Shown: piece by piece, positions 1 through 8,466 of the stretch
How the letters are laid out: the number at the start of each line of letters is the position of its first letter
How positions within the stretch are numbered: the stretch's first letter is position 1
Program-made: the position numbers and the translations under genes
The notes under the pieces: generated by a model
Databases searched by the model: none
The model's input: the letters and a program-made list of their open reading frames with translations, nothing else
Told to the model about the DNA's origin: nothing
From: Candidatus Nitrospira inopinata
GTDB lineage: Bacteria > Nitrospirota > Nitrospiria > Nitrospirales > Nitrospiraceae
Assembly: GCF_001458695.1 (NCBI RefSeq)
Contig: NZ_LN885086.1
Span: forward strand, 30,001-62,000
DNA length: 32,000 nucleotides
Direction of reading: 5' to 3'

Positions 1-606
1 CTCGTGGTGGAGCGCAATCAACAGCTGATCAATGATCCCGAAAAGGGCGAGAAGGGCTTCACCTCCGAGTCGTTTGAGCGGGAAGTCGTCGACGAGTTTT
101 TTCAACAAACCGGCATCGATCTCAAGCGCCTTCCGCCTCACCTTCCCGTTCTGGCGAAAGAACTGCTGCCGATCTTATTGGAATCGGGCAAGCACGTGGT
201 GGCCGACGCCCAGCTCGTCATCAATCAACGAGGCATCGGCTATAAAAATTTTATTCCCGCCACGTTCGGCAGCCAGACGTCACGCAGGTTTTCAAGCCGC
301 TCGCGGGTCACGCTCAAACAAACGACGCTCAACCCGCGAAACCCCAAAAACGCTCCGGACGCCTACGAAGAGCGGGTCTTGAAGCGTCTTGCGGCGCAAC
401 CGGCCTCTCACGATCCCATCGCGGAATGGGTCGATGGGGGGAGGACTCTTCGGATGATGACGCCGATTTATTACTCGGAAGATTGCCTAACGTGTCATGG
501 AAGCCCGGCCGGAATCTTGGATGTGTCGGGCTATCCGCGTGAAGGCGCCCGTGAAGGCGATCTTGCCGGCGCCATCAGCGTCCAAATTCCGGCCTCGCCG
601 CCGTGA
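1..606 (+). CDS. DUF3365-type c-type haem domain protein; the 5' end probably lies outside the window
   Basis: The frame is open from nt 1 to the TGA at 604-606. The C-terminal part carries NPRNPKNAPD, a single CLTCH haem-c motif and GYP..G..GDLAGAISV, the pattern I recognise for DUF3365 proteins. The GTG at 4 has no visible SD, so the gene is probably truncated by the window edge. Confidence 0.7.
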   Translation, partial: LVVERNQQLINDPEKGEKGFTSESFEREVVDEFFQQTGIDLKRLPPHLPVLAKELLPILLESGKHVVADAQLVINQRGIGYKNFIPATFGSQTSRRFSSRSRVTLKQTTLNPRNPKNAPDAYEERVLKRLAAQPASHDPIAEWVDGGRTLRMMTPIYYSEDCLTCHGSPAGILDVSGYPREGAREGDLAGAISVQIPASPP

Positions 607-890
607 GCGTTCATCCATCGATTGGCCGATCTTCCCTTCCGCCTTCCATCCTCGCTCGCGGACACGAGCTCATTCATAGACGAAGGACCCGAATGAGTCG
701 CTTGACCTTCGCCCTCATGCAGGAAAGCACAAAGGCAAAGTGGTAAAATATCTCTTCTCTTGGACAAAGCGCGTCGCGCAGTTACACGACACGACGCCGA
801 GTTCAACGTCTGATTTGGCGAGAAAAGAAACCTGTTGGCGCAGCCTCTGTCGTCTGTATCGTCTCTGTTGCCAGGGAGAAAGGTGCCGTT

Positions 891-986
891 ATGGCAGAAG
901 TAATTGCAACGTTGGCGGTGGCCGGCTATGTCGTCGCCGTGGCAATTGGAATCGGGTATTTCGTCATCCTGCTTTACCGAGATTAA
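891..986 (+). CDS. Candidate 31-aa single-TM peptide (MAEVIATLAVAGYVVAVAIGIGYFVILLYRD)
   Basis: ATG at 891 is preceded by the purine-rich GGGAGAAAGGTG. The whole peptide is one hydrophobic helix with a charged C-terminus. The stop TAA at 984-986 is followed immediately by two hairpins. It is too short for the ORF track; I found it by reading the sequence. Confidence 0.3.
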   Translation: MAEVIATLAVAGYVVAVAIGIGYFVILLYRD

Positions 987-1022
987 GGCGGTCGACCGCC
1001 GGAGCTGAAGCATGGCAGCTCC
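987..1022. terminator. Two adjacent GC-rich hairpins between the convergent small ORFs
   Basis: GGCGGTCGACCGCC (987-1000) is a perfect 14-nt palindrome. GGAGCTG-aagcatgg-CAGCTCC (1001-1022) is a 7-bp stem. Neither has a clear U-run, so terminator function is uncertain. Confidence 0.35.
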
Positions 1023-1069
1023 GGCGCAACCACCTCTTGACGTCACTCGCCGTCACTGTTTCGATTGTC

Positions 1070-1162
1070 TCAGAAACCGGCGGTCAGCACTCCGAACAGA
1101 AGCACGCCGACCAAAAACGATCCAAGAAGAATCACGCTCGTGGTATCGGCAAGTCTGTCCAT
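1070..1162 (-). CDS. Candidate 30-aa single-TM peptide (MDRLADTTSVILLGSFLVGVLLFGVLTAGF)
   Basis: The minus-strand ATG at 1162 is preceded by GGAGGTGA with a 7-nt spacer, a near-perfect anti-SD complement. It has a short polar N-terminus followed by one hydrophobic helix, with the stop TGA at 1070-1072. Confidence 0.35.
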   Translation of the reverse strand: MDRLADTTSVILLGSFLVGVLLFGVLTAGF

Positions 1163-1692
1163 TACCGCTCACCTCCTTCTTCCGTGGGATCGATCATCAA
1201 CCGATAAGACGTTCGTTGCGGCGGAGGCGGGAAGACCGTGCGACAAGCGGAAACAAAAACCGCGACAGACGACGGCCGGCCGATAGCGGGCCTTTCACCA
1301 GATCCATCCTCCAGCCTGTCAATCGCGACAATTGATAACACCGAGATTGTCGGAGTCAAGGGGGGAACGGAAAGAGCGTCAAGGAAGCCTTGATCTCCCC
1401 GACACCGGAATTATCTGTGTCACCGTGATTCAGGTCGGCCGGCCGTTCATGCAATCCGGTCGGCTCACGCAAAGCAATCCGCCCAAGCGGTTGCGAAGGG
1501 CATACCCAGGAAAGCCGAGACAACGGACATCGGGATCGGCGTCGGCTTTTAGCGGTATCAATCGACATCGAATCGAAGGGGACCGCGCGGCGAGAGAGAT
1601 GTGCGCGATCGCGAACCGGCGCCGTCACGATCAACAAAAACGATGCGATTCTCCCGTATTGAAAGAACCGGCTTTAAGAAAGGAGGACGAGG

Positions 1693-2172
1693 ATGGCACT
1701 GATGACGAAACTAAAAGAACTGATCCCTTGGAAACGCAAACCAGTCGAGACGCACGAGGTCATTTCGCTGCGCGACGACATCAATCGACTGTTCGATCGT
1801 TTTTTGACGTCGCCGTTCGACGCAAGCTGGCCCCGCCTCGCGGGCGGCGGGTCCGAGATTGAAATGGAGGAAACCGATGAAGAGGTGATCCTTCGCATTG
1901 ACGTCCCGGGACTGGATCCGAAACGGCTGGACGTCAAGATCAGAAACGGCTCGCTTCACGTAGCCTACGAGGATGAACGAGAATGGCGTGAGAAAGACGG
2001 AGCAGGCTTCGGCCGTCGCTATGCGGCGTTTCACCGAACCGTCGGATTGCCCGACGGACTGGATGCCTCGAAAGCGGAGGCCACGTGTAAGCACGGTGTG
2101 TTGACCGTTCGTATCCCCTGGACGCCGGAGGCCAAGGATCGCGCTCGCACGATCGAGGTCTCGGTTGACTGA
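1693..2172 (+). CDS. Small heat-shock protein, Hsp20/alpha-crystallin family
   Basis: SD AGGAGGA lies 5 nt upstream of the ATG. The 159-aa product has an alpha-crystallin-type core (ILRIDVPGLDPKRLDVKI..., AEATCKHGVLTVRIP). Confidence 0.9.
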   Translation: MALMTKLKELIPWKRKPVETHEVISLRDDINRLFDRFLTSPFDASWPRLAGGGSEIEMEETDEEVILRIDVPGLDPKRLDVKIRNGSLHVAYEDEREWREKDGAGFGRRYAAFHRTVGLPDGLDASKAEATCKHGVLTVRIPWTPEAKDRARTIEVSVD

Positions 2173-2207
2173 AGGTCAACTCCGCGGGAAGAACGGATCA
2201 TAAACAA

Positions 2208-2238
2208 ACGGCCTTCGGTCTTGTGGACCGAAGGCCGT
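2208..2238. terminator. Bidirectional intrinsic-terminator-like hairpin between convergent hsp20 and the cld-like gene
   Basis: ACGGCCTTCGGTC-ttgtg-GACCGAAGGCCGT is a perfect 13-bp stem. It is flanked by an A-rich stretch 5' (AAACAAA) and lies in the 95-nt gap between two convergent stops. Confidence 0.6.
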
Positions 2239-2267
2239 CCTCTACAGCCAGACTAATCGCTGCGCCG

Positions 2268-2990
2268 TCAGCCGCCCAGGGTGTCCAAGGTCTCCTTCAG
2301 ACTCTTGCGAATACAAGTGAAAATCGGCGTGTCCCGCAACGTATAGCGCGACCCCTCCGTCTCCCGCAACGCCATCACCAGATCCACAAAATCCTCCGGC
2401 TTGTCGCTCTCAAACGCCACCACCCACTCCTGATCGTCCAACCCAAACGAGTACGTCGTGTTCAACTTCACCGACGGAAACCGATGCCCCACCTCAATGT
2501 GCTCGTCCATCATCCCCTGCCGCGCCGCCTTCGTGAGCAAAAACCACTCCCGCGTCTTCACAAACGGATACACAAAAATATACCGGCTCTTGCCCGGTAC
2601 CACCGTCAGCCGCTTCCCCTCCTGCCCTTCATGACTGTGATGGTCAATGTAGACCGACCGCTTCGTCATCGCCAAATACGAATACGGCGTCGTCAGATAT
2701 TTCCCCAGGCCCGACGCCAGCAACTTGGCGCTCATGTCTTGAAACAGATCCAATTGATAACTGATCCGCCACAACATGAAATCACAGTCCCCCCGAATCC
2801 CCACCGCCGAATACGGCACCACCAGCACTTGTCCCGTGTACTCCTCCACCGCCCGGATAAACTCCTGCTTGCCCCGAGCCCGCTCCTCCTCCGGCAATCG
2901 CCGCCACGCCGGATCCACCTTGTAAAACGCAAAATTCACATACTGCCGCCGCTGCGGTGTCGTTGATTGGGGAGCATCTTGATTAGCCAT
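2268..2990 (-). CDS. Chlorite dismutase family protein, HemQ/ChdC-like (cytoplasmic, no signal peptide)
   Basis: The 240-aa product shows the family pattern I recognise: YVNFAFYKV..., YIFVYPFVKTREWFLL, MMDEHIEVGHRF, SFGLDDQEWVVAFESD, LVMALRETEGSRY. There is no N-terminal signal sequence. Confidence 0.8.
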   Translation of the reverse strand: MANQDAPQSTTPQRRQYVNFAFYKVDPAWRRLPEEERARGKQEFIRAVEEYTGQVLVVPYSAVGIRGDCDFMLWRISYQLDLFQDMSAKLLASGLGKYLTTPYSYLAMTKRSVYIDHHSHEGQEGKRLTVVPGKSRYIFVYPFVKTREWFLLTKAARQGMMDEHIEVGHRFPSVKLNTTYSFGLDDQEWVVAFESDKPEDFVDLVMALRETEGSRYTLRDTPIFTCIRKSLKETLDTLGG

Positions 2991-3250
2991 GGGAACTCCT
3001 GTACATCACAAAAAATTTGTTGATTTATTGAGTGAACGCAGCCACCGACATCCTGCACCGACGAGGTTCATAACACTTCGTCGTTGCCTTGTCAACGGGC
3101 CGTGGGCCATAGAGCTGAGAGACGTACCGCCGGCGCTCATCTTTGCTTCGCGGCTGCCATGGAATTGGACTCCTTCGCCGACGTGAGTATAATGGCGGCT
3201 CAGCGTCAAAGATCGCAATGCACGATCACGAAACTCTAACTGACACAGCC

Positions 3251-4048
3251 ATGTCGCGCACGCGCAAACAGGTGCTGACGATCGCGGGATCGGACTCGGG
3301 CGGAGGAGCGGGAATTCAAGCCGATATCAAGGCCATGTCCGCCAACGGCGTCTTCGCAATGTCGGTGATTACGGCCGTGACGGCCCAAAACACCGAAGAG
3401 GTCACAGACGTCTTCGAGCTGCCGCCCGCAATCGTCGCCGCCCAGATCGACGCCGTCTTCGACGATTTCGACGTCGCCGCCGTCAAAACGGGCATGATCG
3501 GCTCCGCGGCGACCGTCGAAGTGATCGCCTCGATGTTGAAGCCGCAAAACGTCGTCAACCTCGTGGTCGATCCCGTGATGGTCTCAAAGAGCGGCCATGC
3601 CCTCCTCAAGTCGGAGGCCATTGACGCGCTGCGGACGCATCTGTTCCCCCTGGCCCTGGTGGTGACCCCCAACGTGCAGGAGGCGCAACAACTCTCCGGG
3701 ATCGAGATCACATCGCTGGCGGACGCAAGGCGGGCGGCAAAGGTCATCGCGGATTTTGGGTGCCGCTACGTCTTGATCAAAGGCGGGCACCTGCAGGCCG
3801 ACCGCGCCACCGATGTGCTGTACGACGGGCGGTTCTTCAATGTCTTCAAAGGAGAGTTGATCAAAACCCCGCACACCCACGGGACCGGCTGCACGTTTGC
3901 GTCGGCCATTGCCGCCCACCTGGCGCTCGGTAAGCCGATCGTCGATGCCGTTCATGCCGCCAAGGCCTACGTGACGGAAGCCATCCGCCATGGTCTCGCC
4001 ATCGGCCACGGACACGGCCCAACCGATCATTTTTATTTCCTCGACTGA
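3251..4048 (+). CDS. thiD: Hydroxymethylpyrimidine/phosphomethylpyrimidine kinase
   Basis: VLTIAGSDSGGGAGIQADIKA near the N-terminus, VKTGMIGS, and a C-terminal GTGCTFASAIAAHLA anion-hole motif. I placed the start at the ATG at 3251 (MSRTRKQVLTIAG); the ATG at 3218 is an alternative. The track start at 3143 looks like an over-extension. Confidence 0.88.
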   Translation: MSRTRKQVLTIAGSDSGGGAGIQADIKAMSANGVFAMSVITAVTAQNTEEVTDVFELPPAIVAAQIDAVFDDFDVAAVKTGMIGSAATVEVIASMLKPQNVVNLVVDPVMVSKSGHALLKSEAIDALRTHLFPLALVVTPNVQEAQQLSGIEITSLADARRAAKVIADFGCRYVLIKGGHLQADRATDVLYDGRFFNVFKGELIKTPHTHGTGCTFASAIAAHLALGKPIVDAVHAAKAYVTEAIRHGLAIGHGHGPTDHFYFLD

Positions 4049-4067
4049 CCGATTGAAGAGACGCCCC

Positions 4068-5363
4068 ATGGCCCGCCGCTACGATTCTTCAATCGTATTG
4101 CTCCTCATCGGATTTGGATGGCTCACGCTCGCTTCGTTCATCGGGCTGGGGACGTTGATCGGCTTGATCCTCGGCACCCCCATGCTGCCATGGGTGCGAC
4201 CGGTTCACGTCCACGCTTCATTGGTCGGCGGCGTCTTACAGATGGTGCTCGGCGGCTTTCTTGCCATAGTCTCACCGCCGACCGCGGGTCGCCTCTCTTC
4301 GCATCAAACCTATCCCTTGACGCTGCTGGCGATGAACGGAGGCACGGCTGCGATGCTGGTCGGATTCTGGTTGCGCCGCCCCATAGTCGTCGGCGCCGCC
4401 GGCCTCTTGGTGGCCGGTGCATCCATGCGGATCATTCAAATCCTCTGGACTCGGTCGAAACACGCCCCCTCTGCGAACCCAGGTCGGCTCTATTACACCG
4501 TTTCTTTCCTTGCCCTCCTGAGCAGTCTCATTTGCGCCGGGGCGTTATCGCTCTCCGTGGCCGACCGATTCCACGGCTACGCGAGACTCGCCCACATTCA
4601 CCTCGGCGTACTCGGCTTTGTCGTCCTGATCATCGTCGGTGCGATGCACGGCTTCTTGCCTCGGATCCTGCACGCTCCCCTTGCCAACCCGGCTCTCTCC
4701 CGCATCGTGTTGATCGGCATGCCGGTGGGCATGGCCGGCCTTATCGGCGGTTTCCTGAACGGCTCCGTGCCGATTGAGCTGGCAGCCGGCGGGCTGTTGC
4801 TCGTCACCGGCGGGCTCTATGTGCTGAACCAAATCAGGACATGGCTGGCCTCGCCCCATCGCAACCACGCGGCGTCGGACCATGCGTTGATCGGAACCTT
4901 CTTTCTCGTTCTCACGGTGATCTTGGGGCTTCTGATGGGGATCAACAGCCTGTCCACCCCGCCGGTGATGCCCATTGGCACCTTACACGTCGTGGCCTAC
5001 ACCCACATGACGTTCATCGGATTAATCGTGAACACGGCCATGGGGTTCTTGTGCCATCAGATTCCGTTCCTGCTGGCCGCAAGCCGTGTATCGAGCAACA
5101 AAAAACGCAGCCCCTATCAACAACGGCTGGCCGTGATCATGGACCGCTGGCGCGCCGTCCAAATCGGCTCGCTCAATCTGGGAACCATGGGACTGGCCGT
5201 CGTCGCCGCCCTCACGTGGAATGTCCCGCTCAGCTCGACATCCGTCCGCGTGGCCTTGTGGATGTCCGCCGGGCTGCTCCTCGTGAGTTTTGTCCTCTTT
5301 CTGGTCAAGCTGGCCATGGCCTGGGGAGCGCACCCCGACGAACCGGCCCACGCTTCTTCCTGA
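4068..5363 (+). CDS. Polytopic (~12 TM) integral membrane protein of unknown function
   Basis: The ATG at 4068 lies 20 nt after the thiD stop. The ~431-aa product has about 12 hydrophobic segments and intramembrane His motifs (HVH, HIH...MH, H-x6-H...H). I recognise no family. Confidence 0.6.
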   Translation: MARRYDSSIVLLLIGFGWLTLASFIGLGTLIGLILGTPMLPWVRPVHVHASLVGGVLQMVLGGFLAIVSPPTAGRLSSHQTYPLTLLAMNGGTAAMLVGFWLRRPIVVGAAGLLVAGASMRIIQILWTRSKHAPSANPGRLYYTVSFLALLSSLICAGALSLSVADRFHGYARLAHIHLGVLGFVVLIIVGAMHGFLPRILHAPLANPALSRIVLIGMPVGMAGLIGGFLNGSVPIELAAGGLLLVTGGLYVLNQIRTWLASPHRNHAASDHALIGTFFLVLTVILGLLMGINSLSTPPVMPIGTLHVVAYTHMTFIGLIVNTAMGFLCHQIPFLLAASRVSSNKKRSPYQQRLAVIMDRWRAVQIGSLNLGTMGLAVVAALTWNVPLSSTSVRVALWMSAGLLLVSFVLFLVKLAMAWGAHPDEPAHASS

Positions 5364-5394
5364 TCGCCACGAGAAACTCTGCTACAATCGCCGC

Positions 5395-6159
5395 ATGGAA
5401 GAACGATGTTCGTTTGACGACCGGCACGGCCACACCGTCGCCTCGCTCCTGTCCGCACCGGATGGAGGATCGGACCGTGTCGCGGTGTTATGCCATGGAT
5501 TTCTCTCTTCCAAAACCAGCACGACCAACAAGACGCTCACTCGCATCCTGAACGAACGGAGAATCGCAACGTTTCGCTTTGACTTCTTCGGACACGGCGA
5601 AAGTCAAGGTCCGTTTGAGCTGATCACGAATACCGTAGCGGTGGATCAAACGCTAGCGGCAATTGATTTCGTCAAACACAAAGGGTATCGGAACATCGGC
5701 TTGATGGGGTCCAGCTTCGGGGGACTGGTCGCGATTTTGACCGCCGCGCAACGAGCGGATCTTGCCTGCCTCGCGTTGAAATGTCCCGTCGTCGATTTTG
5801 CGGAAGAGTTGCGATTGGAGTTCGGCGACGAGGAGATGGCCCGCTGGAAAGCCACTGATACGGTGCCCAATATTCTCGGAGGCTCGGACCGTGTTCCTCT
5901 ACGCTACGCCTTCTATGAAGACTGCCTCCGCTCCATTGCCTATGAGCCGGCGTCGGCCATCACCGCGCCCACACTCATTGTGCAGGGAGACCGGGACGAG
6001 CACGTTCCCCTTCATCAAAGCCAGAAGCTTTACGAACGACTCCGCGTGAAGAAACGCCTGGAACTGATTCCTGGTGCGGATCATCAGTTCACAAAAGACG
6101 AGGACTTCAAACGGATGACCACCCTCATCGCCGACTGGCTGACGGAGCACCTGACATAA
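5395..6159 (+). CDS. Alpha/beta-fold serine hydrolase
   Basis: VAVLCHGF oxyanion region, a GSSFGG nucleophile elbow (GxSxG), GDRDEHVP and GADHQF (candidate Asp/His of the triad). Start chosen at the ATG at 5395 (MEERC...), 32 nt after the upstream stop. Confidence 0.8.
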   Translation: MEERCSFDDRHGHTVASLLSAPDGGSDRVAVLCHGFLSSKTSTTNKTLTRILNERRIATFRFDFFGHGESQGPFELITNTVAVDQTLAAIDFVKHKGYRNIGLMGSSFGGLVAILTAAQRADLACLALKCPVVDFAEELRLEFGDEEMARWKATDTVPNILGGSDRVPLRYAFYEDCLRSIAYEPASAITAPTLIVQGDRDEHVPLHQSQKLYERLRVKKRLELIPGADHQFTKDEDFKRMTTLIADWLTEHLT

Positions 6160-6610
6160 GGTCATCGCACACCGCACCCAACAATCCCTTTCGGTACCCA
6201 GCGCTTTTAATCTCTTTGACGCACTGGATCGCTGCATAGCTGTTCCTTGCTTCAAGTGAAGTTGAATGCGTCCCGCAGACTAGACCAACACCAGCCGCAC
6301 GGTCCTTTGACTGGTTTTGCCTGGGCTCAGGCGAGGTTCGCCCCGATAAGATCCCGATAAGATTTGGTCATACCGCATCCAATTTGGCTCACGCGCCGCG
6401 TGTCACGAGAGCACCGAGCTGAACGTAATCCCAGCGTCGTCTCGCTTCATCGCTCACCCACAGGCTTTCTAACACTCCTCTGTTGACTGGAATGCCCCCC
6501 ACCACTGTTCATGGTGAAACTTGCGTGTCTCCCGGCGATTGAACAAGATACGAGCTCAGGAGGCCTGACGTAAGGGAGCCTTCCTCATCTCCACCATCGC
6601 GTCTTGGCCC

Positions 6611-7033
6611 CTACTTGACAACCAACACCGGACAGGGAGCGAGTCGGGTAAGATTTTGTGACGTCCCACCCCAAATTCGTTCATAGATGCGAGAATGGCC
6701 CATAAATCCGATAACCAGCAGATCAAAACCACGGTCTTTGACGAATTGCACGATGGCTTCCACTTCGTGTCCCGGCACCACATGGGCGGTCAGGCGCACC
6801 CCGGCAGCGGTAGCCATTTGTTCAGCGGCTTGCACCACACGCCGAAAATAATCGGCGGCCTCCTGCCTCGCTTCGACGACCTCACCCACCGTGGCAGCAT
6901 AATGGGGCAGGTGCTCTTCGACCGAAATCGAATGCAAGTCCGCTTCATAATGCCGGGCGACATCAATGGCCACACGAAGGGCTTTGTTCGCTCCTTCAGA
7001 ACCGTCAATCGCCACCAAGATTTTATGAAACAT
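6611..7033 (-). CDS. Universal stress protein (UspA family)
   Basis: MFHKILVAIDGSEGANKAL at the N-terminus and GSRIYERIWGGTSQNLTRLAPCPVLVV at the C-terminus (ATP-binding G-2x-G-9x-G(S/T) type). SD GAAGGAGGG lies 7 nt upstream of the ATG at 7033, inside the 3' end of the antiporter gene, which implies an operon. Confidence 0.85.
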   Translation of the reverse strand: MFHKILVAIDGSEGANKALRVAIDVARHYEADLHSISVEEHLPHYAATVGEVVEARQEAADYFRRVVQAAEQMATAAGVRLTAHVVPGHEVEAIVQFVKDRGFDLLVIGFMGHSRIYERIWGGTSQNLTRLAPCPVLVVK

Positions 7034-7047
7034 GGGCCAGCCCTCCT

Positions 7048-8250
7048 TCAAGTAGACCGAGATAGTTGAGCTTGCTCCGGTTCGACTCCGCGAGCACGAT
7101 CAGATAAACGCCGCTCGAACGTTTCCTCCGGCGGCGCACCACTCGGATCAAACCACCGTTCAGCGATGAGCGTCGGTACGATGGCGCTGAGAATGACGGC
7201 GGTCACCAGGATCGCATATTGATCCCGGCTGATCAGTTCGTGACTGAGTCCATACAAAGCCGAAATGGTTCCAAAGGTCAGTCCCGTCGACATCAGCAAC
7301 GTCGTATAGGTCGCTTCACGGCGACCGAACCGGAAGGCGTGAGCCAGCGGCCAGACGCCGATGAACTTGGTCACCATTTTGAGCCCGAGAAAAATAGCGA
7401 TCAAAACGGCGCTCGCAAGCACCGCCTGAAAACTCACCAGCGAGCCGGCTTTCAAGAAGTAGAACGGCGTCAACAGAGAAAACGCAATCACCCGCATGCG
7501 CTGGGCGAGTGTATGATTGGCCAAAAAGATGGGAGCGAGCGCCATGCCCACAAGATACGCGGGCAGCACCGCTTCACTTTGTGCCGCCGTCGCAAGGGCG
7601 CCCAATCCGAACAAGATCAAGAGGATGAACTTGGTCTCCGGCTCGCTGATCCGAGGACCGATCTGGGCGAAGAACCAGGCGGTGACAGGAGGAAGCTTCC
7701 ACAATGTCACGGCCATGGCGACGGCAAACGCCAGAAGCCACCAATCATATCGGGCAAAGATCAATCCCAACGCCAACACAGTACCGAGGTCCGTGATGAA
7801 GCACGCGGCCAGGATCATCTTGCCGAGGGCGGTGGCATTGTAGCCACGCTCGAGCATCACGGCGTACACGACCGCGACCGAGGTCGTGGAGAGGGCGATG
7901 CCGGCGATTTGGGAAGCAGGCAGGGACCAACCGGCGACCCAGTAGGCATACGCCATGGTACCGAGAAACGGAGCCAAGAACGACGTCACCCCGATGCCGA
8001 CCGTTTCTTTCCATCGGACACGCAGGACCGCAAGATCGATCTCGGCCCCCGCAAGGAATGTCAGCAGCACGCTTCCCACAGCGGCCAAAAAATCGATCCA
8101 CGCGGTCGAGTGCAAATCCAGCAGATTGCCGGCGGCGAATCCGACGCAGATTTCGACCAATGCCACCGACATCCCCAACCGCACCGAGAGCAGCGACGCC
8201 ACGAGAGCCATCCCGATCCACAATGCCGCGACCTGCCAAGTGACTTCCAT
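7048..8250 (-). CDS. Cation:proton antiporter (Na+/H+ exchanger family, CPA2-like)
   Basis: The 400-aa product has ~11-12 TM segments and a typical N-terminus (...LSVRLGMSVALVEICVGFAAGN). SD AAGGAG lies 8 nt upstream of the ATG at 8250. Confidence 0.82.
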   Translation of the reverse strand: MEVTWQVAALWIGMALVASLLSVRLGMSVALVEICVGFAAGNLLDLHSTAWIDFLAAVGSVLLTFLAGAEIDLAVLRVRWKETVGIGVTSFLAPFLGTMAYAYWVAGWSLPASQIAGIALSTTSVAVVYAVMLERGYNATALGKMILAACFITDLGTVLALGLIFARYDWWLLAFAVAMAVTLWKLPPVTAWFFAQIGPRISEPETKFILLILFGLGALATAAQSEAVLPAYLVGMALAPIFLANHTLAQRMRVIAFSLLTPFYFLKAGSLVSFQAVLASAVLIAIFLGLKMVTKFIGVWPLAHAFRFGRREATYTTLLMSTGLTFGTISALYGLSHELISRDQYAILVTAVILSAIVPTLIAERWFDPSGAPPEETFERRLSDRARGVEPEQAQLSRST

Positions 8251-8466
8251 GAGTCATCTCCTTCTGCTCGGTGCTAGGCAGCTTTAGTCATGCTCGATCT
8301 TTTCGATGCCGACCGACGTAGCGCTGATCAAGAACTCTTGCCCTTGCACTCCGAGGATCTCTTCCGCTTCTCACACAAACCGGTCGTTCTCCCGTCAGCT
8401 TTAATCCCAAGACGCGAGCCATGAAATACGTGCGAACAGGCTCATCGGGCGGTATCCGGATACCGA

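Noticed and set aside
1604-1613. Perfect palindrome CGCGATCGCG (HIP1-like).
   Set aside because: It occurs only once in 32 kb and has no associated structure. It is most likely chance in GC-rich DNA.
531-1862. Overlapping 100-176-aa ORFs (531-1046 minus, 740-1207 plus, 1012-1335 plus, 1332-1862 plus) in the region before hsp20.
   Set aside because: All are Arg/Ser/Pro-rich with no SD, no recognisable motifs and mutual overlap. I treat the region as non-coding apart from the two tiny TM ORFs.
2223-2966. 247-aa plus-strand ORF antisense to the Cld-like gene.
   Set aside because: Its composition is extremely Arg/Pro/His/Leu-rich and repetitive, with no SD. It mirrors the real minus-strand gene almost completely, so it is a typical shadow ORF in GC-rich DNA.
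3000-3250. Possible TPP riboswitch upstream of thiD; a CTGAGA box is present near 3105.
   Set aside because: I could not find the other conserved elements (the ACCTGATCTGGATAATGCCAGCG-like pyrophosphate-sensor helix) or a convincing P1 stem. A single hexamer is not evidence.
7219-8277. 352-aa plus-strand ORF and several ~110-170-aa ORFs overlapping the antiporter gene.
   Set aside because: Their composition is Arg/Gly/Gln/His-rich and low-complexity, unlike any protein family. The minus-strand frame gives a coherent 12-TM antiporter with a good SD.
8290-8424. 44-codon plus-strand ORF beginning MLDLFDADRR..., reminiscent of AlkB/2OG-oxygenase N-termini.
   Set aside because: The similarity rests on five or six residues recalled from memory, no downstream oxygenase motifs follow, and there is no SD. 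At most it is another eroded fragment, which BLASTX could check.
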